Source of the DNA: Octopus sinensis
Lineage: Eukaryota
Assembly (NCBI RefSeq): GCF_006345805.1
Contig: NC_043002.1
Span: forward strand, 101,122,001 to 101,186,000
Direction of reading: 5' to 3'
DNA: 64,000 nt
Shown: piece after piece, positions 12,067 to 24,655 of the stretch
How the letters are laid out: each line of letters opens with the position of its first letter
Position numbering within the stretch: the stretch's first letter is position 1
The notes under the pieces: model-generated
The model's database searches: none
Seen by the model: the letters and a program-made list of their open reading frames with translations, nothing else
Told to the model about the DNA's origin: nothing
Made by a program: the position numbers and the translations under genes

Positions 12067-13224
12067 ATGTACAATATTAACACAATTAACTGATGTTGAG
12101 AGTTTGGAGCCCAAGAAGTTAAAAAAATTACTAGAATTCTCGATTTATTTTATGTAACCTCGACCCAACTGAAATTTATTTCACCAAAATATGGTAGCAA
12201 AATGAATTCCCAACGCAATGAGCTGTAGACATAGGACAAGAATTTTCTTAAAAAATCTCAGTGGATGAGGAATCTCAGTGGGGGGTAAAGTAGACAATAA
12301 GCGATGTATGTCTTAGAAAAATAATATAACTAGAAAAGGGAAAGTCTGGGAGAAGCGGTGACTTAAAATGAGGAAAAAACCATGGAGATTGGCATGGTTG
12401 GAAAGGACAGACTAACCGGCCTCAGAATTAGTTTGTTATAACTAAATTCATAGGAAATGAGGCAACGCCATAAAACATTGATTTATTTTATTACATAAAA
12501 CAAAATAAAACCAAAAGAACATCTTTTCATTAATATCATTGGGGACATTTTTCGACGATTTACAACTGAAAAATTTAATGCTTCGTTTGTGAGACTAGAT
12601 TTACGTCCCATCACTACTAGGGGAGATAACAGAGACAAGAGTTGCTTCCCTTGACAGGCGAGGCAATCTAATCCAATAAAAATATGAATTGGGAAAAATT
12701 TCTATATAACTATGATATGTTTACAGCCAGAATAAGAAGCCCAGGGCATGTCTAACTTAATAGCACTACCTGGTAATGTCTTTTAGTCATATATGGGGCA
12801 CCGTAGCACATACTAGCAAAGAGCTATTATCGTTGGAGACATATCCGGGTGTAGGAGTTTGGTCTGGGATATTTTGAAGAAAGTTGTGCAGTGAAGCTTG
12901 TTAATTTTATGGGATCCGTTTCCGTAGATTGCTTTTGCCTCTTAACGTTTGTTATCTCTCTTGGTGGAAATGGGACGTAACTCCAACCTCACAAACGAAA
13001 CATTAAACTTTATATTATAAACTAGCAGTATTCTTTCCATATTCACCCACCTTTCAACGAACTCACTGAGTGACAGTATTTCCCTCTCTCCAGCCTCACT
13101 TTCCTTTTCAGGTGGAAGCTGAAAAAGTTAATGAGGCTTTGGCCAAACAGGAAGGTACCCGTCTTCAACCCTTTCAATCGCCTCCTCCACACAACGCTTT
13201 TGCCAGAGCCACCACATGAGATCT

Positions 13225-13680
13225 TTCTTTCTGCGTCTTCTTGTTCTTGTTCTTGTTCTTCTTTTTCTTCTTCTTCTTCTACTTCATCCTCCCCTTCTTC
13301 TTCTTCCTTCTTCCCTCCTCTTCCTCCTCCTCCTCTTCTTCTTCCTTCCTTCCTCCTCTTCCTTCCTTCTTCTTCTTCCTTCCTTCCTCCTCTTCTTCTT
13401 CTTCTTCTTCTTCTTCCTCCTCTTCCTCCTCCTCCTCTTCTTCTTCCTTCCTTCCTTCCTCCTCTTCCTTCCTTCTTCTTCTTCTTCTTCCTTTCCTTCC
13501 TCCTCCTCTTCTTCTTCTTCTTCCTTCCTCCTCCTCTTCCTTCCTTCCCCTCCTCCTCCTCCTCCTCCTCTTCTCCTTCCTTCCTTTCCCTTCCTCCTCC
13601 TCTTCTCTTTCCTTCCTTCCTTCCTCCTCCCCTCCCCCTCTTCTTCTTCTTCTTCTTCTTCTTCTTCTTCCTACTCCTCC
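13225..13680. repeat. About 450 bp polypyrimidine (CTT/CCT)n tract
   Basis: Almost exclusively C/T on the + strand. Confidence 0.95.
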
Positions 13681-14299
13681 TGTCTGCTGCCAATCATGGC
13701 GGGGAGGACAGGGAAGTCCTCGTGCAAACTGTCGTACCATCTTCCTTCCTCACTCACTCCCATTTTTCGTCGCCTTCGTCAATGTTTACTTTCTTCGAAG
13801 CAAATTTTCGAAGAAATTTGAAAACAAAAAGGTTTGTATCACCCCCAAAATGGGGCTTTGGTTAATAAAATACAGTATAGAACCTTTTAAAACAAGTGAA
13901 TTAAACAAACTTACAGCACTCCAAAAACACACCACCTGCTCTGGCGACAACAACAACAACAACAACAACAACAATAATAGTAATCATAATAATGAGGTAG
14001 TAGTAGTCGTAGTAGTAGTAGTAGTAGTAATTTCTAATATAATTTTTAATAATAATAAGAATGATGACAATATTAACTGCAGAACAACAACAACAACAAT
14101 GAAGGCGACTTTATTCAATGAAGTTCTGTCTGTAATCAAATGGAATAAACAGAAAAGGAATTAGGAAGGATTTACTGAAATTTAATCATAATGTTTAAGA
14201 TAAGAATAAATAAAACAATACAAACGAAAAAACAAAATAACGAAACAAAATCCCAACACTGATTGAGAGAATTAATGATGGCGAGAAGCAAACATTAAA

Positions 14300-14760
14300 G
14301 GAAACCGCCATTTTTGTTCGTACGTGACAAAATGGTGGTCTTTCTATCGCTACGTTTAAGACCTGGAATCCGGTTGGCAGATTTGGATAGATTTGAAATT
14401 TAAGAACCTCACTAGATTGCCGGATGTAAATGGTGGATTTTAGAAAGTTCGGTGGTAAACATAGAATCGTGTATTATCACTATTACTTTCTGAGACGAAA
14501 AGATAGGGATAATGCCATCTTTTAAAACAATCATCAAAAAATATAAATAAGTAGAAAAATATATAACTGTTGATGTTGCTGTCATTCATATTGTTGACTA
14601 TAAGGCAGCTGGAATTGTTGAAACGTAATGAAAAGAGTGCACAATTCTGCCAGGAAAGAAAAGTAGCTTTTAAGAAATCTCAGCTTCGGTTTCACAACAG
14701 CATTAAGTGAATGCGAGAGGAACCTGTACCCACTTCCGCGTGTCTAAATACCTGGTAAGG
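14300..14760 (+). promoter_or_regulatory. Candidate housekeeping-type promoter and first exon
   Basis: YY1-like CCGCCATTTT at 14305, ETS-like CCGGATGT at 14420 and CACTTCCG at 14731, donor CTG|GTAAGG at 14754/14755; motif-only inference. Confidence 0.3.
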
Positions 14761-15040
14761 ACGACAGTTTATTTCAGTTAACAATTCACCATTTCTTAGA
14801 TAGTATTTTTATCTATTCTCGAGACTGTTATATTATGAAATGAAGGAATGTGAAATAAAGTGTCAAACCCGAGAAATATAATACCAACGATACTGACGAT
14901 GTTTTTCGTGACTAAATCCGATAAGCTGAACACCAATAATATTTTCACTTGTTTCAAAAGTTGAAATGTCGCCTGGCCCTTATCTAGTCAGCATAAAATT
15001 TCAAGTAACGATTACTAGAAAATAGTAGTCAACTCTAATA

Positions 15041-15081
<41 letters not shown>

Positions 15082-15263
15082 ACACACACACGTATGATAT
15101 ATCATATATATAAAAATAAATTCATATACCACACGCACACGTATACACATGTCCACAAACACATTTTCACATATTCTCTATAACACTGAGTACACTACTT
15201 TGTATGTAACACAAACTGTCTAAATAATACACTATAAGTATGTATATATGCATATACATGTGC

Positions 15264-15307
<44 letters not shown>

Positions 15308-15389
15308 AACCTAAAAAACGAAAAGCAACAACGCGAGGACATGGTACATGTAAAGTATTAGCAGACGCTCAGGGAAGGAAAGCAAGGTG

Positions 15390-15424
15390 ATTTTACGTTT
15401 CGAGCAAAGCTCTTCTTCAGAAAC
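15390..15424 (-). ncRNA. Minimal type I hammerhead motif in a short TA-flanked PLE-like repeat (about 15305-15500)
   Basis: UUU-CUGAAGA-A-GAGC UUU GCUC-GAAA-C-GU-A-AAA; core intact, GUA cleavage triplet. Confidence 0.75.
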
Positions 15425-15668
15425 AAAACAGGAGACAGAGGAAAGTCCAATAGAAAAGGAAGACGAAGGAAAAAAAAATCGATAACGATTCAGAATGAGA
15501 AATATATATATATGATAATAACATCAGTAACTTGGCATGTGTAAAAGAACCATGAAGATAAAAATTATCAATTAATAATTAAGGGTACCAACAGGTAGTA
15601 CCGGCATGCTAAGTATAGCAATCAAAATGCCCAAAGCCACAATGTATATATATATATATATATATATA

Positions 15669-15855
15669 GGGTGAAATTAATTAATTTGGAATAATCATCA
15701 ATTTCACCAAGTAGATTTCGGCATGTAAAAGCCTTTTAAGTGCTGTGGTTTTTACGGGATCTCCCTTTTAAGTAGAAAGATAGCCATAACTCTTTGACTG
15801 CTATTTCTAAATTCGTGTGTGGTGGGCAAATCGTTGCTAAACCCTTAATTACTAA

Positions 15856-15860
<5 letters not shown>
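15669..15860. repeat. TA-flanked repeat related to the array unit
   Basis: Shares aattaatt...atcaatttcaccaagt and gctatttcta with the 546-bp unit; a similar piece lies at about 17035-17110. Confidence 0.5.
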
Positions 15861-15895
<35 letters not shown>

Positions 15896-15912
15896 TATTT
15901 ATAATATTATAT

Positions 15913-15945
<33 letters not shown>

Positions 15946-16588
15946 ATGTGTGTGTATACGTCGTTATACATATATACACATGCACATACACACAATGACA
16001 GACACACACACACGCACATATATATGTATTCATATATACACATCTATAAACCTATACATCTGAAGTGGAATATATATTCAGTACAAAGAGTTGATGTGGC
16101 TGTGTGTTTGTTATTTCAAGAGTTCATAAAGAGATGAAAGAATAAATTCAAGATCTATATATTTACTACATAGGAATATATTTTATATTCCTGGTCGATG
16201 ATGATACATGGAATCAAATTGTAGAATCTAGCTGAAAGAAGTAATCTATGCAAGGAAGTTCAGAAATAGAAAATGGAGAATAAAAAGCTAAGTGTTTGTA
16301 TATAGAAATAGACGGACATAACAATGACGTGAATAGCTCTAAATCTAATCGACTAAGAAGCGAAGAGCAGGGTTAGCAATCTGTTTTTATTAATGGAACG
16401 CAAGACATTCTAGAAACTTCTAAGAGAAACGATAAGCTTCTTGAATAAACAAGAGTCACGTCTCGTGAAAACTATGCTTCGAGAAGCTTAGAGAAGGGAG
16501 ATTACTCTATGACCTTTCTTGCAAAAGGGATCATTCAGCTATCTAGCTACGTTGCTACACATCTCATTCTATCTATCTATCAATCTAT

Positions 16589-16644
<56 letters not shown>

Positions 16645-16724
16645 ATATCTATCTATCTATCTATCTATCTATATATCTATCTATCTATCTACCTATCTAC
16701 ATACCTACCTACATATATATATAT

Positions 16725-17014
16725 ATCACCGTGATCGACCAGGCTATCAGATGTTGTTACACATCGCTGGTCACAATGCGCTTCGCATTGTTTTAGCCTT
16801 CAAATGACGCCACCTCGCTGGCTAAGCGAGCAGGCCAACAGATGAAAGAGTGAGATAAAGTTGTGGCGAAAGAGTACAGCAGGGATCGCCACCCATCCCC
16901 TGCCGGAGCATCGTGGAGCTTTAGGTGTTTTCGCTCTATAAACACTCACAACGCCCGGTCTGGGAATCGAAACCGCGAGTCCGCTGCCCTAACCACAAGG
17001 TAATTGCGCCTCCA
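16725..17014 (-). mobile_element. tRNA-derived SINE family B
   Basis: Head tggaggcgcaat..gtggttagggcagcggactcgcggtttcgattcccagacc with A/B boxes; shares head and body with 43975-44353. Confidence 0.8.
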
Positions 17015-17551
17015 TATATATATATATTATCAATAGCAATTAAGGGTAAAACTAATTAATTACGAAGTAATCAATAAATTTCACCAAGTAGAATTCGGTA
17101 TGAAAACAGGACCGTTATACAGTAAATTCTAGTATATATATATACTACTACCAAATAAAAATATGCACTATATATTCGTTCTACACTCGTTTATAACTGT
17201 TCTTATTTTAACTGATGTCCATCGTCCGGAAATCTTTCGTCACACATCTGCCACTTTCAATCTTCGTGTGTGCTCTTGCTCTGCTTCTTCCACTCTTATA
17301 TATATATATATATATATATAGATGAGTTACTGAGGAGGAGTAAGATACTCTGCATCAAAATCCAAAATCGTCGATTCTGCTATATCCGGTAGGGGCTTCC
17401 CCTTGTCAGCCATCAAAATAGTGCTTTGTGGCTTTTGAGTTGTTTTTTTTACTTTTATTTCTAGCAATATTGGTATTAATTAGTACCGTTTGTCACATTT
17501 GTGACCTCTATTAATTTGCTTTGATGTTCTTAAATTGCTAATAAGCAACCC

Positions 17552-17590
<39 letters not shown>

Positions 17591-17593
<3 letters not shown>

Positions 17594-17926
17594 AAAACAC
17601 CACCACCATCAAAATACAGCACCAGATACTACAACAGCTTGGGTTTCAGAGGACCACAGCTCTTCAACATCCTCCCTAAATGCCTGAGAAACTTGCATGG
17701 TGTGGATGTGGGTTTCTTTGAAACTAAACTGGATTTCTTCTTGTCGGGGGTCCCAGATGAACCTACCTCACGACAGGAGACACAGATGCGGGCAGCGGCA
17801 TCGAAGTCCCTTGTTGACCAAGTGCAACGTATCAGAGGTGGAATCACATACTAGTGTAGCTCATTCAACGGTGATGCCCCAGCATGGCAGCAGCCTTCGG
17901 GCTGAAACATTTTAAAGGATTTAAGG

Positions 17927-17930
<4 letters not shown>
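17591..17930 (+). mobile_element. 5'-truncated CR1/L2-group LINE 3' end in (TA)n
   Basis: GFRGPQLFNILPKCLRNLHG..KLDFFLSGVPDEP, homologous to the end of the 35187-39046 LINE; 3' stem-loop and (tttaaggat) tail. Confidence 0.85.
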
Positions 17931-17961
<31 letters not shown>

Positions 17962-18753
17962 TATATTATGCGTATGTGTACGCGCGCGTGTCTGTATGTG
18001 CGTATATGTGTATATAACAAAACTACAAGCACGCAGTTGTTATGAATAACTGGAATAACTACGCACGGAAATCCTATGTCTAATAAATATACAAGTATAT
18101 GTAGTAACGCTGTTGGAAAAATAGAATTCGTGGATAACTCATAGAAGCCATGGCAGCCGAGAATGCGGCATGTCAGATTAGGTTTGTCTTTGTTGAGGAT
18201 CGTCAGGGAGGGATCCACGCTGTGTTGTCAAATTTGCAGTGTAAATTTATTGATGGCAGTAGTTAGTTTAGTTATTTTTAAATAAATTCGGTCGACACCG
18301 TATGAAATAAAAATAGAAGAAAGAAAACTGTTAGACAAAGAGGCAGACAGGCAAGTTTACGGAAATGAAAAGTGAGAGGAACAAGGAATAAGGCACAAAA
18401 ATGATGAAAGGAGCAAATATGAAGTGAAAGAGAAAGGAATAAAAGGCGATAGAAGGAGAAAGAAAAAATGAGAAATAAAAGAACGAAGAGGCGGTTGGCA
18501 CAAATTTCTTTATGTTATTTCATAACAAATGCACTTTCCGTGACATTCGAAGTGGGTACATATTTGAGAAGAACAGAACAAAAAAAAAATCGAATCTATG
18601 TCCAATGTAAGAAAAACAGAAGAGAGGGAAATGAACGAATGTGAATGAAGGCATACGAGAAAGGGAGAAATAAAAATAAACTGACGTTTATAGCGAGAAG
18701 TCGAAAAGGAAGACAAAGTCAACAGACACATAAAAGGCATAAAAGAAGAGAGA

Positions 18754-18796
<43 letters not shown>

Positions 18797-20340
18797 AGAA
18801 AGAAAGAGACAGAGGTAGAGAGAGAATAGATACAAAACATAAAAGTTAACAGTACAACGGAAGCCAACTTGGTCTGTACTGAAATGATATGATAATACAT
18901 AAAATTCGATAAACGAAGCAAAATGAGTTCTTTAAATCCCTTTAACAACGCTTTGCTTACGGAAATCCTTTGACATAAGATACTACTGTAGTAAGGAAAG
19001 AGAACTCAAATTATACACAGTATATTGAAAGCACTTCAGAAAATTTTCGAAATCTTTCGAAATCTTTCGAAGACTTCTCCACAAGTTTAACCAAGAAGGC
19101 GTAGAATATCAAACTTATTTGGGTATCAATGATATTCCGAAGCAATTACTAATTTTGATGAGGATATTTCAAAATGTGATCGTTACCAGAAGTTAATCAA
19201 ATACAACCCCATCATGAAAAATTTCGGAGAGAAAGTCAAGCACAACGACCTGGACTCTCCAAAATAGGTGCTTTACGAAATTTGTTCACTTAAAATTGGT
19301 TTGTAGTACCTTCCACTTAAAATTGGTTTGTAGTACCTTCCACTTTCAATCTCCAGGGGTGTATCAATAAAGAAGTGATATTTCTTTTCTCCTGTAATAA
19401 GAGAGAATAGGTCTGTTATGGCCTTCTATTTTTAAAGTTATAGTCGGCCAAACGTAAATAAATACGTATACTGACATCCATGAACTTGAAATTCGCTCAG
19501 TACATTAACCATTTAATGGGCATAAGTTTAGTCTCGTACAATTGCATTGGGTTGGAATATTAGACATATGAAAATGATGCAAATGGGAACTGCCCACTAA
19601 ACAGGAGTAAAACCCGGATAAGCATAGAAAGGAGCAAAGAGATTACAGATTACAGAAGCCACTCATATAACAGAAGACATACTGATCTTCAACAGAAAAC
19701 ACGAATGAACCACCAACATCCCACACCACGACGCTACGGAGCAAGACGACTAAATGAGTGAAAAGAAAAACGACACTATACAAATAGTGTAAGACACACA
19801 CAGAAATGACACACATGCTTAAGATGAAAATAAGGGGAGAAATAGAGAGATAGATAAACAAATGAAAAAAAAGAAACTAAATAAAGAGCCCGGATACAGA
19901 GAGTATAGCAAGCAAAGCCATGTATAAACACAAAACACATGGAAACTACATAGAAACGCCTACACACACGCATGCACACGCGAGCGCACACACACAGATA
20001 CAGACGTAAACTCGAGTGCAGATAAGGATAGACATCATAGTAAGGCAGAACTGACTAAACAGAACAGAAGACATGTGGGATGGAGAGCTGTTGAAGAGGT
20101 TGGAAGATGTGGGACGAAAGATTTCCAGAGAAAGGACATAAAATAAGAAAATTAATAGACGAGTGATGATCGAATGTATAATGCATCTGTTTATCTGGCA
20201 TGGAAAGAAAAAGGATTAAAGTCTCGAAATATGACAATATCTGTTTCATGCCATTGATTTCACCTCAGAAAGTTTGGAAAACAAATGCAGAAAGACACAC
20301 ACACACCACACACACACACACACACACGTGTGTGTGTATA

Positions 20341-20398
<58 letters not shown>

Positions 20399-20403
20399 GT
20401 GTG

Positions 20404-20441
<38 letters not shown>

Positions 20442-21009
20442 ATTATATATATATGTATATATATACATACATAATTACCAGAGGTAATGCAGTAGGATCG
20501 TTTCATGCGACTCCATTTAATTGAACAATACAAGTATTACATCAGTTTTAAAACGTAGAGCAATCTTCAGCGGCATAAAAATATAGAATTTAGTTAAATG
20601 TAAAAGATTCATTTTTATAGTTATTCCATTAACCAAAATGACAAAGAGGGTAAGTGTGTAGATAGAGAACAAGTTTCATCAACAATATCATAATAGTAAC
20701 TGATATTTTTCTCCATGAAGATAATGCTTATCATTGATTTTACTTCGTTATTTAGATCCACTACTAGGGGAGGGGGTTTAAGTTTATAGACCAGTTTATA
20801 AGGTCTTGTGGAAAACAAGAATCTTTTATGGACAGAGAAAAAGACAGTTTAAGTGGCAGAGCAATAAATGAAGATCCCTTTGAAGTAGAAAACATTCGGG
20901 TCCAGTAGAATATATTTCAGCCAAAATTAGCAGGCTAAAGCTGATGGGGTATAGGGAGAGTAAAAACTTAAAATACTTAACTATTTGACAGCCATAATCC
21001 CAATGGTAA

Positions 21010-21530
21010 TCTATATATATAAAACTGTAGTTGTGTGAGTGTCTGTCCCCTTCGATTTAGATTCCTAACTACTCCCACATTTGCGGTGCAGTTTAACCAA
21101 ATCGGGGTATCTTATAGTCGTGATTCATATCAAGCCCGTCTGGGTATTAGCACGCGACTACGATGAGTCTACGATTTTAAAAAATAATTAAACATTTTTT
21201 TTCCATTTTAATGCATATTTTTTCGTGTGTCGATGGCGGCGGAGTTGGCGTCCATGGTCACACCTGCACCTGTGTTGCTTTCCCCCTTCTTCCCTCCCTC
21301 GTGAAGCTGTGGGGAAGGGAGTGTAAGGAAGGAAATCAACGTCGTAAAGCATTGTCAAGGAGACCAGCGTTCTTTTAGAACAACGACTTCATGGATGAAG
21401 ACACCAAAATTACCATCATTTTTTATTCCATTTTAATGCATTTTTTTGCTATTCTTTTGCTATAACTCACTAAAAATGGTATATAGTTATTTCCCTTACA
21501 AACCCGAGCAACGCCGGGCGATACTGCTAG
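21010..21530 (+). mobile_element. Non-autonomous Helitron, 521 bp
   Basis: 5' TCTATATATATAAA, 3' hairpin CCCGAGCAACGCCGGG followed by CTAG, inserted between A and T with no TSD. Confidence 0.88.
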
Positions 21531-21949
21531 TTAGAAATAAATAGGTACATTTTAGAGAGTTTTTCAAAGAATCTGTATAATTTCAGTATTTTACACAATA
21601 TAGGGATGGAGAATATAGAAATAATTTCCTAATTATATAAGTTTCTATACCAATTTAATATAAATTTATAGTTAATTAGTAAATAGTGATTTATTTGTAT
21701 TAATGAATTGAATTAAAAGAATATGTTAAAAATTTCATATATTTTCTATATGTTAATAACCTTAGAATATATTTCTAGCATTATAAAATAGATAGTGAAA
21801 TATATCAGTAAAGGAAATTCCTCTTTAATTTTAAACCATTTTATCTTACTTATTTACCCACTATATCCTTTTACTGATAATACATTTCTATTGAGTTCAC
21901 ACTCAATAGCACTCCATTAGCATGAACATTAGCACTCTATTCTGGAAGG

Positions 21950-23406
21950 CCATAGAAAGTGCTCCAAAGCATTGATCACAAACCTGAAGACTTTTCATAG
22001 CTCAACAAAAAGCCTCAAATCCGTTTTATTACCCAATGGAAATCAGAATCCATCGCTGCCTATTGCGTACTCGGTACAGATAAAGGACGAATATGACAAT
22101 GTAAAAGAGCTTCTTGAGAAAGTAAACTACGATAAGTTTAAATGAGATGTTTGTGGTGACTTTAAGATGTTTGCCCCCTTACTTCGATTACAAGGTGGGT
22201 ACACTAAGTATTCCTGTTTTTTTTTGTTTATGGGAGAATAGGGCTGATCCTGAACATTACCTATTTCTATACTACCCATAAGGGGCTAAACACAGAGGGG
22301 ACAAACAAGGACAGACAAACGGATTAAGTCGATTATATCGACCCCAGTGCGTAACTGGTACTTAATTTATCGACCCCGAAAGGATGAATGGCAAAGTCGA
22401 CCTTGGCGGAATTTGAACTCAGAACGTAACGGCAGACGAAATACGGCTACGCATTTCGCCCGGCGTGCTACCGTTTCTGCCAGCTCGCCGCCTTCTGGTA
22501 ATGTTCAAATCCTGAACATTACCAGAAGGCAGAGTGGCCCCCATGAGATGACCTCCAGCCAGGAAAGCTAAATGTCATAAGACAACTTCTTGTAGAGCCT
22601 GCAAACGTGTTGTTACCTCCTCCTCACATAAAGCTAGGTTTGGTCAAACAGTTTATAAAGGCTTTAGGTAGTATTGGAGAAGAATTTCAAGAGATTCGTC
22701 TACTCTTTTCAAAGCTATCTGAGGTAAAAGTTAAGGGTGGTATATTCATTGGATGACAAGTGAGGAAAATTCTGAGGCCAGCCAAACTTGAAAATGTGAT
22801 GAGTGATCTCGAAAGAGGCTTGCTGGGCATTTCGAGATATTGTCAATGGATTCCTTGGTAATAACAAGGATCCAAACTACAGGTAGCTCATAGCAAAGCT
22901 TATTGAGAGTCAAGAAATTAGGCAGTAGAAAATGTCATTTAAGTTAAACTTTTTGCTTTTCGTGAAAACTTAGGTCGTGTGAGTGAGGAACATGGAGAGA
23001 GATTCCATCAGGATATTGCTTCAATGGAGAAAAGATACCAAGGAAGATGAGACACTGCAATGATGGGGGGTGGGTCTATATGTGGTCATTGGTGCGTACA
23101 GGTATAGGAGCTAACAGTAGGACAGCACGACCTTCGGTGCATTTCTTATGATCTCATCATAGTTTTGCTTATATTTCTCATTAGCTTAAAAATAGATTTT
23201 AGGACAAAATGTTTTTAGCTCCTAAAATGTGAATAGCTTGAATAAAGTACTATCGCAGCTAAATTTTGTTCCCATTCTCGAGAAAACTGCAATCATCTCT
23301 TAAAATATCGATACTATGAAATTTTCAAGAGTATTTTTGAAATCAGAAGAAACGATTACCTTAAGAACACCAAAACATTTAGAGAAGCAAAACTTGTTTC
23401 CCAGTG
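21950..23406 (+). mobile_element. Decayed DDE transposon, probably Chapaev3-like (CMC group), interrupted by a SINE
   Basis: SLKSVLLPNGN..PSLPIAYSV..YDNVKELLEKVNY..CGDFK..GGYTKYSCFFCLW, LPPPHIKLGLVKQFIKAL, ENLGRVSEEHGERFHQDI; terminus CCCAGTG|TAA. The family name is from recall of these motifs. Confidence 0.7.
22261..22492 (-). mobile_element. tRNA-derived SINE family C with a 14-bp TSD
   Basis: Head GGCGGCGAGCTGGCAGAAACGG, B box GAGTTCAAATTCC, 3' end TAGAAATAG; TSD atcctgaacattac at 22247-22260 and 22509-22522. Confidence 0.92.
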
Positions 23407-23429
23407 TAATAATAATGGACTCTACTGTT

Positions 23430-23692
23430 GAAGACGACGTATGAGTGTCCAGCTTTTGCCGAACGACCTCCACAGAAGGTTTGTTGTTAGAGATGCATGT
23501 GCTGTGCATTAGTTCACTATTTCCACCATGTCGGCCTGAACAGTGTTCCACGCGCCAGGTGTCGAGTGACCGCAGAGCAACATGAGATCAAGTGTTTTGC
23601 TGAAGAACACAACACACAACCCGATCTAGGAATTGAAACCACGATATCGCGACCATGTCTGCAACACCTTAAATGCTCGGCCATATGCCCCC
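23430..23692 (-). mobile_element. Old degenerate tRNA-derived SINE
   Basis: Head ggggcatatggccgagc...gtggtttcaattcc followed by gtgttgtgttcttcagcaaaacactt. Confidence 0.55.
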
Positions 23693-23709
23693 TTTAATAC
23701 TAATGATAA

Positions 23710-24122
23710 TGGTTTCAAATTTTGCCACAAGGAGAGCCATTTTGGGAGAGATAATAAGTCGAGTACATCGATCTAAGTGTTTCACTGGTACTTAATTTAT
23801 CGACCCCGAAAGAATGAAATGTTTCACTGGTACTTAATTTATTGACCCCGAAAGAATGAAATTGGCCCCCCAGCGGCATTTGAACTCAGAATGTGAAGAC
23901 AGAGGAAATACCTATTTCTTTACTACCCACAAGGGGCTAAACACAGAGAGGACAAACAAGGACAGACAAGCGGATTAAGTCGATTATATCGACCCCAGTG
24001 GGAACAGGTACTTAATTTATTGACCCCGAAAGGATGAAAGGCAAAGTCGACCTCGGTGGAATTTGAACTCAGAACGTAACGGCAGACGAAATACCGCTAT
24101 GCATTTCGTCCGGCGTGCTAAC
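23710..24122 (-). mobile_element. Nested SINEs: family C copy (23912-24122) inserted into a related older SINE that carries a 42-bp tandem duplication
   Basis: Direct similarity to 22261-22492; duplicated gtttcactggtacttaatttat.gaccccgaaagaatgaaat. Confidence 0.8.
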
Positions 24123-24126
24123 GATG

Positions 24127-24162
<36 letters not shown>

Positions 24163-24382
24163 TAATAATAATAATAATAATAATGATAATAATGATAATA
24201 ATAATAATGATAATAATGATAATAATAATAAAAATAATAATAATGATAATATGATTATAATAATAATAATAATAATGATAATAATGATAATAATAATAAT
24301 AATAATAATAATAAAATAATGATAATAATAATAATGATAATATAATAAGATGATAATAATGATAATAATATAATAATAATAA

Positions 24383-24417
<35 letters not shown>

Positions 24418-24425
24418 TAATAATG

Positions 24426-24462
<37 letters not shown>

Positions 24463-24463
24463 G
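24123..24463. repeat. (AAT/GAT)n microsatellite
   Basis: Direct reading. Confidence 0.95.
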
Positions 24464-24655
24464 CACAAGGCCTTAAATTTGGAGGAGGGGGATAGTCGAT
24501 TACATCGACCCCAGTATTGAACTGGTACTTAATATATCGACTCCGAAAAGGAGAAAAGCGAAGTTTATCTTGACAGTATTTGAACTCTGAACGTAAATAA
24601 CCGGAATAGATGCCGCTAGGCATTTTTCCGAAGCAGTAACGGTTCTGCTAGTTTC
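24464..24655 (-). mobile_element. Older SINE related to family C
   Basis: gcacaaggcc...gtcgattacatcgaccccagt...tttgaactc; relatives at about 26020-26350, 30835-30960, 50640-50715, 56605-56686 and 56940-57175. Confidence 0.7.

Noticed and set aside
18150-18181. gccATGG start with AG|GTTTGT donor, phase-compatible with the 41416 exon
   Set aside because: Phase match has about a 1-in-3 chance; no homology or other support.
19287-19345. 27-bp tandem duplication (and a 9-bp x3 repeat at 40794)
   Set aside because: Ordinary slippage duplications with no further structure.
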